A DNA stretch of 64,000 nt from Squalus acanthias (Eukaryota): the NCBI GenBank assembly GCA_030390025.1, contig CM059433.1, positions 20,090,001 to 20,154,000 on the forward strand, in the 5' to 3' direction. The position numbers and the translations under genes are program-made. The notes below the pieces were generated by a model, which saw only the letters and a list, made by a program, of their open reading frames with translations, did not search any database and was not told the DNA's origin. Numbering within the stretch: position 1 is the stretch's first letter; each line of letters opens with the position of its first letter. This document shows, in pieces, positions 23,850 to 35,964 of this stretch.

Positions 23850-24260
23850 TAGCCTTGTTGTTAACTCCGTTGAATAATGTATGAAGGAGACGTAGTTGCA
23901 TCTGTGGACAGCAAACTTGCTGACAAAGCAGATGTCCCCTTGTACTCATCTGGATGGATGGAATCCAACACAGGAAAAATTGAGAGCCACATAATTGATT
24001 TTGACAACATTGGCTTGCCATGGCCAAATGCTGCATGTTGTGCAGAAATCTTTCTGAAGGAGATAACACTGTCTGCCAATGCCTCCTTACTAAGCCTCCT
24101 TTGGGACAAGCTATTGGCATTGCCAGCCATCTACACCTGGTGAAGGAAACCCGCTGTGCAGGGGAGTGGTGATACTTGACATCAGCCCGTTCCTGCTGGT
24201 CCTCCTCTGCCAAGACCCGTGCTGGTGCAGCGCTGAATGCCGTCCCCGTAGTGGCTGAGA
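23850..24260 (-). pseudogene. Degraded Harbinger (HARBI1-like) transposase N-terminal region
   Basis: Across frameshifts the minus strand reads RRLSKEALAD / CYLLQKD / GHGKP / VALNFSCVGF / GDICFVSKFAVHRC. Confidence 0.7.
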
Positions 24261-25177
24261 ACCTGGAGTGCAGAAAGAAAATTTGAAGCAACTCGCCTTT
24301 AAACAAAGGCTCCAGCTTTCTCACTGCAGCCTCTCCAGTGACACCTGTTCCATTCGTGCAAGATCACCTCATAACACCAGCAACGTTGAGTGCTTCGCTC
24401 TCAAATGTCCAATCTGCTGGTTTAATTTAGTGAATGTATAAAATGAGTGCATTAGTGCTCACACTTAAATTTGTACTTACAGCAATTTGTGAGGAAATGA
24501 GTGCTAAGCGAGCAATATATTGCACTCCAGACATTGTTGGCCACTGTTATGTAATTGCAGCTGGCTTTATATCTTACTTTTTAAGCCTTTTCAGTCTTAG
24601 CTGTTAGGCGGCAATGCTACAATAGTTTATAAGCTTCAGGTTTATTTTTTACTTTTTAAAAGTGGGGAAAGAACATATTTAGACAGCAATGTTCAAAAGA
24701 AAAAGTAATCAATCGCCTCATTTTATCTGATGTAAGATGCATTGCTGTCTCCATGACTAACCAGACTTGTGTATATGGAACTCGGTCTCATTGAAATATA
24801 TTGTCAATGTGTGAGCATTAATAACATTTGAAGGAATTAGTTAATCATTGAGCTAATTGTTTGGCATAATTTTCACAGCGATGATTAGATGCAATTCCAG
24901 TGTCTACATATTTATTTTTGCAGGGGCCCTGAAATTATGCTGTGAGATAATAGTGGATGAGCACTTCACATGTTCATCTGAGATTCCTCTCTCTGCCATT
25001 TTAGTGGAGGTGTTTAACATGTTTAATATAAGTATTTCAGCCATCCGTGTCAAGTGTTTGTATGCTATTTTCCCCAGTTTAATTTCAAGGCCATATTTTT
25101 ACACATTGTGCAAAAGTATTGCCCATTTTGTATTCAGGATCAAGTTTTGTCTCCACAGACTTACATAGAATGACATA

Positions 25178-25850
25178 GGGGGAAAAATTCAGTTGCTTTG
25201 CGCCTCCCGTTAGCGCCCTAAGAGGACAAAGAAACTAGTGCCCGGGCGCGGCGCCGCCAACGCCTCCCGTGAAATTCAGCGGGAGGTTAGCGGCGGCGGT
25301 AACCGTTAGCATCCCGCGGCGCTGTGCCGCCGGCGATGATGTCATCGCCGTGCGCAACGCCCCGCTCGCGCCCCGGCCGCGATCTTCGGTAGCGCCCCCT
25401 GACTTACTGCCGGACGCTATGTCTGACGGGGTCATGGGGGCCTGCGGCCGGGGTGGCGCTATTTAAAGGCAAGGTGCCGGGTGGCCATTTTTGTTGCTGG
25501 CCGCCTGCCAGCACCTGCCTCCGCTGCCGTCCCTGGCCTCCTGAGCACCCCCCCCCCCCCCCACCCCGCGGAGTGCCGGCTGCGCTCCATGAGCCCGGCA
25601 CTTCTCTTGAGTGCCAGGCTCTTTTGCCGGCACTCCAATTCCGGTGGCCCAATTGGGCCCCGGGTCGCGCTGCGCAAGGCCCCTCCCCTTTAAGAAGGGG
25701 AGGAAGGCCTGCAATACCGTGGCACGTAGCGCCGCGATATTCCCTCGCAGCGCTCCAAGAGGGAGGCAGGGTGCTTCCAGTAGCGCCCCGCTTCCCTCTT
25801 GGGACGCTACCACTCAATTTCGGCCGTGGGGGCGCTAATTTTTTCGGGCC
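25178..25850. mobile_element. GC-rich Harbinger-type MITE with TTAGCGCC subterminal motifs
   Basis: Left end GGGGGAAAAATTCAGTTGCTTTGCGCCTCCCGTTAGCGCC is the reverse complement of the right ends of 32635-33527 and 41708-42560. Confidence 0.75.
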
Positions 25851-25855
25851 GCTAA

Positions 25856-26130
25856 AAGTAGAAACAGGCCATTCAGCCCAACTGGTCTGTGACAGTGTTT
25901 ATCCTGCTCACGAGCCTCCTCCCACCCTACTTCATCTAATCCTATCAGCATATCCTTCTATTCCTTTCTCCCTCATGTACTTATCTAGCTTCCCCTTACA
26001 TGCATCTATGCTATTCCCCTCAACTACTCCTTGTGGTAGCGAGTTCCACATTCTAACCACTCTTTGGGTAAAGAAGTTTCTCAATTCCCTATTGAATTTA
26101 TTGGTGACTGTCCTATATTTATGGCCCCTC
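25856..26130 (-). mobile_element. CR1 3' end fragment
   Basis: SRGHKYR...RNFFTQRVVRMWNSLP. Confidence 0.85.
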
Positions 26131-27449
26131 GAAGAGTAATTGATTTGTCTAAGCACAAATCAATTACTCATCGTGTGAACCTTTGATCAAAATGAAAAAA
26201 ATTGGATGTCGAAAGTTAAATATGCTCGTGTGTAATTTTCAGGTAAACAAATTAAAATAAATCATATCAACTCTTCGTCTGCACTTCAAAACTTCAGATA
26301 ACTGCTATATATACAGCTTGTATGAACCAACTTAAATTCCTGACAAACAAGTACCTAATGATTGAATTTATTGAAATGTGAGATAAGGACAACTTTCACA
26401 CAGAAGTTATTGACCAGCTTTTGGATTTCTTGCACTCTCAGATGATTAAGAACATGAAAAGATATTTAATCATCTACATTTTTTCAGAACCCAATCTGAT
26501 CTCTTTTGTTTGAAAGCACAATGATATTCCAACTCAAATCTTGGGGAAGTGGGCAGACTCTAGCCCAGTAGTGATGGGTGATCTTCCAGTTTTCACCCCT
26601 CCAGCAATCCTGAGACAGGAGGGGCAGCTTCTTCTACTTGCCCCATTTATGTCGCACGGGAAATCTGGGGGCATTCCAGGGCTTTCAAAGGAATTCTATC
26701 CAGCTCATCTATAGTGGGATCTATACCTGCTGAAAGAAGGCAAACATTCCCTTGAGGGCCCACTGAATGCTCCAAATCTAAAATAGAACCGTAGGTAATT
26801 GATCCCTGAGGGGTTGATCCCCGGTAGCGAATTGCCCCTCTGTTCCTTGAGGAGAATCAACATAATACTCGGGCCTATTTTCTCTGGCCTGATTTGGCTG
26901 TCCCTTCTCTTGCCCGTCCCGAATATTTAGTCCCAAGATTTGGGACAGGGTGAGTGACAGCACAAAGCAGCGGGTGGAAGTCCTGGCCCACCACAATTCC
27001 AACCCCTCAAAAGCGTATGTAGAAATTCCACCTTTATACCTGTCTCACTCTTTGCTAAATCAATCTGATCCATTCCTTTATAACTGCCTCAGTAGTGTCA
27101 GTATTAACTGCGTAAGATGACAGACTGTTCCCCAAGCTGATACCTATAAGGATTAAGAAGTTGCTGTTTATGCTGTTCAGCTTGTAGGTCACTTCAATTA
27201 TAATCATATCACTGCATTCTGCTATCCTGTTGTTGCGCCGAATACCCCACGACATCTGCTTTGTCTATAGAGTCAGCTTGACTTAGTTGGTAGTACATTG
27301 AGTTCTGCCAGAAAATAGTTGGTTCAAGCGGCACTGAACGATGTGAGGGGAATGTGGGGCTTAGGGGTGCGAGCATAGGAATCGGAGAGAGTGATTGGTG
27401 GCAGGCAGGTGGGGGAAATAGCGTCAGCCTGGATCTCGGGGGTTGAGGA

Positions 27450-27670
27450 GGTCGGGGGCTGGAGCCTGAGGAGGAGGGAGATTGGAGGTTAGGGGCTGGA
27501 GCCTTGGGGGGAGGGAAGTTGGGGGCAGGAGCCTCGGGGAGGAAGATTGGAGGTTAGGGGCAGGAGTCTTGGGGGGGAGGGAGATCGGTGTTTGGGGGCT
27601 GGAGCCCGGGGGGGGGGAGGGAGATCGGATGTTGGGGGGCTGGAGCCTGTATGTCGGGGCTGGAGTTCGG
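27450..27670 (+). repeat. G-rich degenerate minisatellite inside a MITE remnant
   Basis: About 7 imperfect units of roughly 20-37 bp, each starting GGGGC(T/A)GGAG(C/T)C. Confidence 0.7.
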
Positions 27671-28533
27671 AGATGGGGGGGGCGGGTGTGGCGGCGATCA
27701 GGATGGTGTTTTACAGGTAAATAACTTAGCTTTTTTCTCAGGTGTTCTTTATTTGTATATGCAAAGGGCCTAACGCCTGCTTCAGGCATAGGTAGCGGAC
27801 ACCTCTTGTTTGTCCTCACACAATATGGCGGGCAGCAGCGCGCTTCCAGCCCGCCACAGAGGAGGCCACATAGCGCCTGAAAAACGGGCAGTACACGACC
27901 CAATTTCTAAACCAGAGTTTCTCTGTGAAAGGTTGAGGATTTGGATGGGGCACTGTGTCTCTATGAACTAGATCTAGAAAGGGTTGAGTGCCTTTGTAAT
28001 CTATGATGGTGGGTTTGGGAGTGTGACTGTTGAAAACATTTAAAAGTCGACTGGTAGTTCAATGTAATATATTGCTTAATTGTTATTTACTTCCCTTTAA
28101 TTTAAAGTGCAATGAGACATCATGCTGAACTTGAGAAGTGCTAAAGAAATCATTTAAAAAAATTTCTTGACATCAATGCTTTTTACATTATTAAAATCTA
28201 TTATTTTCATTTGTTTCAATTCTTGTCTGATGTCGTAAGTAAGCCTACAGACAATTATTATTTACATTGTTATCTTATTCAGCCACGGCACCTTCATACA
28301 TGTCGGGCCTGCTATGTTACACCCACGGGGTATTAAGTTCTGATGGTGCAAGAATTAAGAATCCATTGTGATTTGTAATAATTACTTTTATTTTAATACT
28401 TAAATAGATATAGAAAAATCATGATGCACTGATAGGTTTAGATGAATAGGGGTGGGTGGAGGCTCGTGTGGAGCATAAATGCCGGCATAGAGCAGTTAGG
28501 CCGAATGGCCTGTTTCTGTGCTGTAGTCTCCAT

Positions 28534-30480
28534 GGGGGTGAAATTGGATAAAGCTTAAAAACGGGCGTTGGCACCACGATGCACAATCTGATGTTGAAAG
28601 GAGTTCAGGCAGCATGTAAAATTTGTGCTGCCTACTACTTTACATGATTGCAGCGCACAGCCCAGCGCTGAATGCACTGCTGACAGGCTTTGCGCTCAGC
28701 AGGGGATCGTGGTTTGCGATGTTCGAGCGAGGCTAGCTTGCCTGTGCCGCTTAAAGGCAGCATGCACCTCTTAAAGGTGAGCTGCCTTCTGCTCATGAAA
28801 AATGTAAGAAGTGCTTCAGCACTTACCCAAGTGGCTCAACAGGCCAGGTAGAGGGAACCCAGGGTCTCGGACGCAGCATTCGAGGCCTTTGTGCAGGGGG
28901 TGAACACTGGAAAAGAGGTCCTCTACCCACAGGAGGCCCTCCAGAAAGAAGGATGTGGGATCAGATCGCCGAGGCGGTCACTGCCAGCAGTGTTGCCCCC
29001 AGGACCTGGCTCCAGTGCCCAAAGAAGTTTCATGACTTCAGACGGGTGGTCAAGGTCAGTAAATGCATCTTCAGAAGCCGTCTTCTACCAACTGCACAAC
29101 GAGCCTCACACAGTGCTCAGTGCACGACCCCCACCCCATCACTCACCTACCAACAATCTGTAGCAAACACGAGGCACACCTCACATTCCTAGCTTCACCT
29201 CACCCCCTTGGAGGAGAGAGTGCTGGCCATTCTTGGCAGGAGCATGGCTGAGCCCTTGGCCAGTGGTGGGGCTGAAAGAATACAAGATGCCGGTATCCTT
29301 ATACATTATCCTCCTTCTCACATCCCACTTCCCCCTCATCCCACAATCTCTTCTGATTTACAAGCTGCACATGGTGTAAGCATGCATCTCTTGCTTTCCC
29401 GCCCTCCCCTCACCACACCACAACTCTACCCTTGTGCCTTCCTCATTTCAGACACCCAAGAAATCCAGCCTGTCCAGCCAGTGGTTAAACAAGAAGAGGG
29501 AGAGGAGAGTGAAGAAGAAGAAGAACCACCGCCACTCAATTTCACACTCCCAGCCACCAGCTCCTCGAGGTCATCCTACAAGGCCTTTTGCAGTGTCCCC
29601 CACTGAAAGTCAGCAACCTTCCACCAGCCATACTGCAGCCACTGGGGTAGCACTGCATAGGAGCACTTGGATAGGCAAAGGCACACGCAAGGCAGTCACT
29701 AAGGGAATGCACAAGGGTGATTAGTTGATTTTTTGGTATAATATTGGATGCATATATGGATAAAGTTGGATTGGAAAGGTTGCTTTGTGGTGGCTTTTAT
29801 TTCAGCGTTGTGGCTAAGAGGATGCTGTGATGGTCAGTAACAGAGGGAAGGTAAGGTGTGGGACAAATGTTGAAAGGGGAATTGGGGTCGAGTTCACTGG
29901 TACCACAGGCAGATGATTCGATCCCAGCTAGAAAGGGGCTCTCTGGGTTGCCTCCTTCCTTCCGCTTCCTCCTCCTCCTTTTTCGCTTCCTCCTACTCCT
30001 CTTCCACTTCCTCCTCTTCTGCTTCCTCCTCTTCTACTTCTTTCTCTTCTTCCTCCTCCTCCCTCCCCTTCCTCCTCCCTCTGTGACCAGCTCTCAGGCA
30101 AGTGGTGGTCTTAGAGGCCTTCCTTTAAGAGCCAAAGCCTTGCAAATGTCCAGCAGCACTCCTGCACTCCCTGCACTTGAAGAACTTTTTAAATGTCTTA
30201 CACCAAGCCACTACTCAAATATACTATCCAGGAACCAGAACAAAAGCAAAAATCAAAACTTACCTGAAAGTTGCGTGTGTCCCTTTGTTGTTGCTGATTG
30301 ACGTCACGATCTGACTCATTACCATATTTGCAGTGAGCGCAGGCAACGGCCGTGCTGCCGATCTGCCCAAAATGGCACCCGCCGTGGTCCATGCCGGAAG
30401 TGGGCGGAAGCGAGGCAGTCGCCATTTTATTTCCGAAACCGGCCTTATCAGCCGCCGCTAAGGTGCCGAATTTCACGGCT
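28534..30480. mobile_element. Internally deleted Harbinger transposon (Myb/SANT gene on +, acidic transposase-tail remnant on -)
   Basis: TIR-like ends GGGGGTGAAATTGG / CCGAATTTCACGGC. Plus strand gives PRVSDAAFEAFVQGV...WDQIAEAVTASSVAPRTWLQCPKKFHDFRRVVK|gt, LEERVLAILGR...|gt and cag|DTQE exon remnants. The (CCT)n tract at 29950-30080 encodes poly-Glu on the minus strand. Confidence 0.8.
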
Positions 30481-30631
30481 CTCGTAACTCTATGTAATAC
30501 CAGAATAACTTACATTTGCTTCAAATGCTGAATCACAGTACATTTCAAAATGCACCCCCCGCCTAAAAAAAAGTGTCAAAAATCAAATTTTCCGGACAGT
30601 GGCATACTCCCCAGGCACCCTTAAGAATAAA

Positions 30632-30955
30632 AAACGCAGCTGTCTCATTCTGCCAGCATTTCACACCTCAGCTTTTGTTTCTTAACCTGTCCCATTACCA
30701 TCTCGTCTTGCCTTGAGCATCTCTTAATGTCTCTACTTAACATAGACCACCCTTTTGTTCTTTTATTCCTCCCCCCAGCCTCCCCCTTGCATTTTTATCT
30801 GTTTAATTTCTTGCTTTTCTCTCAGTTCCGACGAAGGGTTTCGACCTGAAACGTTAACTCTGTTTCTCTCTCCACGGATGTTGCCTGGCCTGCTGAGTTT
30901 TTCCAGCGTTTTCTGTTGTTATTTCGGATTTCCAGCATCCGCAGTATTTTGCTAT
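30632..30955 (+). mobile_element. Short Penelope-derived (pLTR/retrozyme-like) insertion with 16-bp TSD
   Basis: Flanked by the exact direct repeat CACCCTTAAGAATAAA (30616-30631 and 30956-30971). Contains a hammerhead-like core followed by CTCTCTCCACGGATGTTGCCTGGCCTGCTGAG...TCCAGCATC. Confidence 0.75.
30824..30859 (+). ncRNA. Minimal type I hammerhead ribozyme with mutated core
   Basis: AGTT-CCGACGA-A-GGGT ttcg ACCT-GAAA-CGTT-AACT: stems I and II plus a palindromic stem III (AACGTT); core CUGA changed to CCGA. Confidence 0.65.
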
Positions 30956-32634
30956 CACCCTTAAGAATAAATTGTGCCATCAGAGCTCACCTCCTCCTTC
31001 AAAAATATCTAAATCCATTATTGCAAAAGTTGCACTTTCGTGTCCTTAAGTTTTTTGTACCCCTAAGTACAACTGGTAGAAATTGGCTATAGCTGTAATT
31101 TAAGTCATGATAGGTTCATGGTATCCTTGCATTTCCACAGTAACAATTTCTTTTTGAATATCATTTGTGGGGCCATTGGGTTTCAGTTTTCACAGAGAAA
31201 CAAATTGAATTGCCGAATGTACTCCCCTGATATGAATAAAAATCCTGAAGTCCAATGTAATAAAAAGAAGTTTAACTTATTCAGTATCATTGAAACAGCA
31301 GTCTTAGTCATAGAGTATATTGTTTATTGAGTTGTCAGCTTTTATGGGGTTTCACCAGCTTTATTTTGAAGGTTTTGGCCAACATTTCCAAGGTTGTCAT
31401 GTATGATCTAAGTTGACACTCCAGTGCAATGCTGTAGCACTTTTTCCCTCTCCTGATCACCACCAATTTTACAGAGACAATCTCTGCTCATTGTCCTGGT
31501 TGCAATTTATACCTGCTGCTGTTGTTTTGATCCAGGAACAGACCCTGGGGTAGATTTTGGTCTGGGCCTGTTTTCGGGCCCAGACTCGTGACCAGCCTGC
31601 ACCCGAACCGAGAGTCCTGATGATCCATGTAAATCGGTCCTCGGGCCTCATCAGCAGCTCGCCCGAGCAAAGAGACCAATGTTGGGCCACCTGCCTCACT
31701 GACAGCAGCCCTCGGGTAAGTCTTCAGAGGGTGGGATGGAGGGGGCTACAGGCGTGGGACAATTGTGATTCCTGTGGAGTCAGAGGAGCACTGGCTTCAC
31801 AGGAACTTTTTTAAAGAATTTTTTCTTTACTTAACTGTCGTTGGCGGCCGTGGAGGCCGCTGAAGAATCAACGCTAATTGGCAATAAATTCCTTGATGGG
31901 ATCCTTCAACGTCCAGGATGCCTAAAGAAAGGACCCCACAAATTTAGCAGTGGGACCAACATCTGCACTGATTGGGCACAGGCAATCCCCACTGCTAAAT
32001 TGGCATGCTTTGCGCTCATTATACACCCAAAAAACGGATGCAACGCATACCAATTTCTATCTCTGCAAGTAAGAATTCTTGATTTGTTGATAGTTGTTTT
32101 ACCAGTTGTGCAGTGCCCAGAGCTCACCCCTGGAATGGATGCACTTACTGAAGTAGAAAACAGGAGCCAGAAATGGGATGGTGTGTCTGGGAACTGGGCG
32201 GGGGGAATGGGGGTGAAGAGGAATGTCTCTGAAGTGTTAGGGGAAAGTGTGCCTCACCGAACATGGATGGTTGGGGTTTGGAGGAGATGAATGTGACTAT
32301 GAATGGAAGAGAGTGGGGAGGTACTTGTGTGAAAGGGGGAAAGTGACTGTTCAGGTAGTTGTTGCAGGATAATCTGGTTGGTCAGTTGAATATGGATAAA
32401 ATGCAAATATTAACCTTTCCTATTTTTATTAAGATTAAAAATTTTAATGATTATGAAGTAAAATGTGTTCTAAAATTAACCGGAATGCACTATTTTTAAT
32501 GTAAAAGTTCGAAATAATTCAGGGGAGTATGATCCATGAACCCCCCAGAAAGGGACATGTTTGTAGATAGCGAAAAGACGGGGGAGCATTTCGAAGGAAT
32601 GTGTACAATTCTAAATTTGCTGCCTACACTCCTA

Positions 32635-33527
32635 GGGGGAAAAATTCAGTCGCGCCCCGTTTGGGGCGCAAATATCGTCCGGGCGCAAAGATTAGCGCCT
32701 GGCGCTAATTATTGCCACTGACTGGAAACTTCACTTTTAACGCCCCGGGAGGTGATTGGAGCGCTATATCAGGCGCTGCACACCTGTCTTAAGGCGCAAA
32801 GGCCGAGGAGTGAGGCGCTAACTCAGAGCGCTGGCGAAGCTCATGTAATGTCAGTCAGCAATGGAACACACACACAATGGCACGGGCCAGTTCTTAAAGG
32901 GGATGGTTGATCTTGCTTTCCATCCACATCCTGCTCATTGCAGCCTTGAATCTCGGCCTGGAGAGACCTGCACATCAAATCTGCTGGAAAGAACAATGGA
33001 GAGTACCAGGCAAAGAGCTCAGAGTGCAGCCCCCACAGTCTCTTCTAAATCGATACAAGGAATGGCAAATCAAAATGAACCTGCAAAGTGCTGCTCAGTA
33101 CCCAAAACTCCTTCACACAACGTTGAATCTCTCCAGAAGTCTCTCTCACTCTCTCTCAGAATGCGTAGTTCAAAAATGGCACCAACAATAAAAGGCAGGA
33201 AGCGGTCACCTTTAAATAGCGCTCCCCCTTTCCCTTCATGACAGAAGAACGCTCCTATCAACCTGTCGTTGCTAGCGTCAGGCGGTAAGGCAGGGGGCGC
33301 CACTCAATATCCGCTCCGGGGCGATACCGGGGCGTTGCACACTCGTCTGACGTCACGATCTGCCGGCGCAGGAGATCGTGGCGGTAGTGTTTAGCGCCAC
33401 CGCAAAATGTCTAGTTAATTTCGCGAGCGGCGCAAACTTCGCCGCGCCCAGGCGCTAGCTGCTTTGCACCCCATTAGCGCCCTCTTAAGGCGCTAACGGG
33501 AGGCGCAACCAACTGAATTTTCCCCCC
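32635..33527. mobile_element. Harbinger-type MITE, family A copy 1
   Basis: TIRs GGGGGAAAAATTCAGT / ACTGAATTTTCCCCCC and a 3-bp TSD (CTA or TAG, ambiguous). Colinear with 41708-42560. Confidence 0.88.
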
Positions 33528-33899
33528 TAGTGTCATACTCTTCAATTTGCAATCAACTTGCGCCATTTCATGACCAATATATTACATTATTTTAGATTTT
33601 TAAGTATTGAAACCCATGTGTGGTTAGTTGCAATCTCCCATAGATCGCGGAATCTTATCTCTTTCCTCTGAATAATCTGCTTAACACGCAACTTTATATC
33701 ATGTATGAGCTGAGGCATTCTACATTTAATCATTTTTTTTTAAGATCATTTATAAACACACTGTGAAAAGCAGAGGATTGAATCATGGAGTGTGTCACTG
33801 TCTAAATAGAGCAATCAGAACTAATCATGACCCTTCATTTCCTGTTGCTCACCAATTTATTGTCCAGTTTTAGATCCTGCTCCTATGTTATAAGAACTT

Positions 33900-35560
33900 T
33901 TATTTAAGCCACAAGTCTCTTATGTTATGAAAGAGCCTAGATATATAATCCACCACATCATCATTATCAATCAATTGTGTTACATCCTCAAAAAATTCCA
34001 GTAAATTGCCTTGGCATGGCTTGCTTTTCACAAGTGCATGTTAGTTTGGAATTATTGCCTATGCTCCTTTACAATAGGCTCTAATATTTTTAATTTTACT
34101 GATGTCAAGATGATTGGCTTATAAATCCCAGGATCATGTTTTTGACTTTTGGAAAAATTGGAACAGCATTAGATGTTTTCCAGTCTTTTGGTACTACCCT
34201 TCTATTTAATTATTAGATATGAAGAATTTAAACCACTGCTGCCCCACTTCATTTCATTTTCTGAAGTATTCTTGGCTGCACTCCATGTGGTTCTGTTGCT
34301 ATTTTTAAAAACCATTTTGTTACTGATCTTTTAAAATATTTGTGATTTTCTTTATACTGCACGATTATTCATTTCAGATATAACAATTTGGGTTGAGGTT
34401 TTGATTTTATCTTGCTCCTATTATTGTGTATAATAACAGATCTCCTGTGATGTTGCCTATGATGATAAGGCAGGTTTGCTGGTGCGTTATTCTATGGAGC
34501 CCAGTCTATTATAACGTAGCTGATGTCCCTTTGCATTGTACATAGACTTTCTTCCTGTAACAGCCTCTCTGCTTCTTTCCAATTCCAGTTCTTTTTTTGC
34601 TTCTCTCGGTTTGTATTCCATCTTTTGTCCCTTTCTCTCTCTAAGTATAGAGTTTAAGGCCACAAAATTCGGCTCCTTTGCGCCTGCCGTTAGTGCCTCC
34701 GGGGGGCGCAAAGGGCTTTTCGCCCGGGTGGAATAGCACCTCCCGAGAAATTCGTCAGGGCGCTGCTGAGGGGCTAACCGATAGCGCTTCGCCCCGCCAG
34801 TAGCGCCCCGGGCCGCTGTGCCACCAGTGATGACGTCATTACCGTGCGCCGCAACCTCTTAGTGCCCCATTGTGACCTCTTACCGCCCCGCGCCAGAAAT
34901 TCGGCTGCGCCCCGCGAGGCTGCTGTGGGCAATGTCAGTGCCAGCATCGCGGGTCGCGAGCCGGGCCGCACGCCGCTAGCGGGGCGGTAGTTAAAGGGAG
35001 GTGCGGCCGCGACCTGCACCACCACTTTATTTATTTTGGCCGACCTCCAGGTCGGCCCTCCGTGGAGGCCCTTGGTGTAGTCTGTGGCCGCCATCGCCCA
35101 GCCCGGCACCGCGCCTCGATGCCGGGCTGCAGCCACGTCACCACGCCGCCCTGGTGGGCTAGTGTGGGCCATCGGAGGCCCTGCAGAGCTCGCAGCGTCC
35201 CTCCCCTTTAACGGAAGGGGAGGGGCGGTGAAACGCATCAGCGCTACGTGGAGCGGCTGCGCCTCCGACACCACCCCGAGAGAAAGTGGAGCGCCCGAGA
35301 TAGCACTCTGTTTCCTCGCCGGGGTGGTAAGCCGAATGTAGCGGCCGGGGCGGTACTTCCGCACCGGGCCCTAAATCTCCGGTGATAATTTGATTACCGC
35401 CCCCAAACGGGGCGTAACCGAATTTCGCCCCCTAAGTATCTCCCTGTCATGTGTTTCTCATTGTGATGGCTATTATCTGTCCCACGCCTTTTCTAATTGT
35501 ATCTTGAATATTCTTTCTGTAAGTTTCCTGCTCCACGCCTCCTTTTTCCTCTAAATGTTG
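33900..35560 (-). mobile_element. Very old CR1 remnant, target of MITE 34658-35432
   Basis: Decayed reverse-complement matches to CR1 ORF2 (ACATCCTCAAAAAATTCCAG, GCTTTTCACAAG, TTTTCCAGTCTTTTGG). Confidence 0.5.
34658..35432. mobile_element. Harbinger-type MITE with TAA TSD
   Basis: TAA at 34655-34657 and 35433-35435; TIRs GGCCACAAAATTCGG / CCGAATTTCGCCCCC. Termini are homologous to family A in reverse orientation but the interior differs. Confidence 0.85.
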
Positions 35561-35964
35561 GAACCTTTTTGCTGCTTGCTGATTGATTGTTTATTGGTAC
35601 CTTTGTGTTGATTGCTGTGGTTACTCATTGGAGCTTGTTGTTCACTGGCAGTTTTCCTACATATTCCGTAATATTACAGGCAATTTACACTGCTCAGTTA
35701 ACAGCGAGATGTTGTGAATGTTTATTGAGCCAATCTGCATTTCAAGTGCGATGCTTTTTGAGTGTGACGCTTGGAAGTGGAGTGGACATTTTCTCAATCC
35801 CTAATGCGGCCTTTGAACTCCTTTAAGCTGGCCTAGGAAGTTCCTGCCAGTTCCATCTGTCAGGTCAACTTCAGCAGCTTTGGAATGAAGCTCTTTTAAG
35901 ACAGCTCTCTGACTGGTGGAATTTGACCAATTAGGCAGTAGCATTTGCCAATTCTCCAAGCCCA

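Noticed and set aside
23659..24324. 221-aa and 88/89-aa ORFs as a host gene
   Set aside because: They are explained by a frameshifted Harbinger transposase remnant.
25453..26139. 228-aa Pro/Ala-rich ORF
   Set aside because: It runs across a GC-rich MITE into antisense CR1; a chimeric artefact.
27270..27340. tRNA gene
   Set aside because: Only degenerate A/B-box-like motifs and no cloverleaf; most likely a decayed SINE head.
29858..30301. 147-aa ORF with a Leu/Phe 'transmembrane' run
   Set aside because: Antisense reading of a (GAG/GAA)n poly-Glu tract.
32861..33241. Paralogous ORFs 32861-33241 and 41927-42448 as a duplicated gene
   Set aside because: Both lie inside copies of the same MITE, their lengths and ends differ, and there is no domain.
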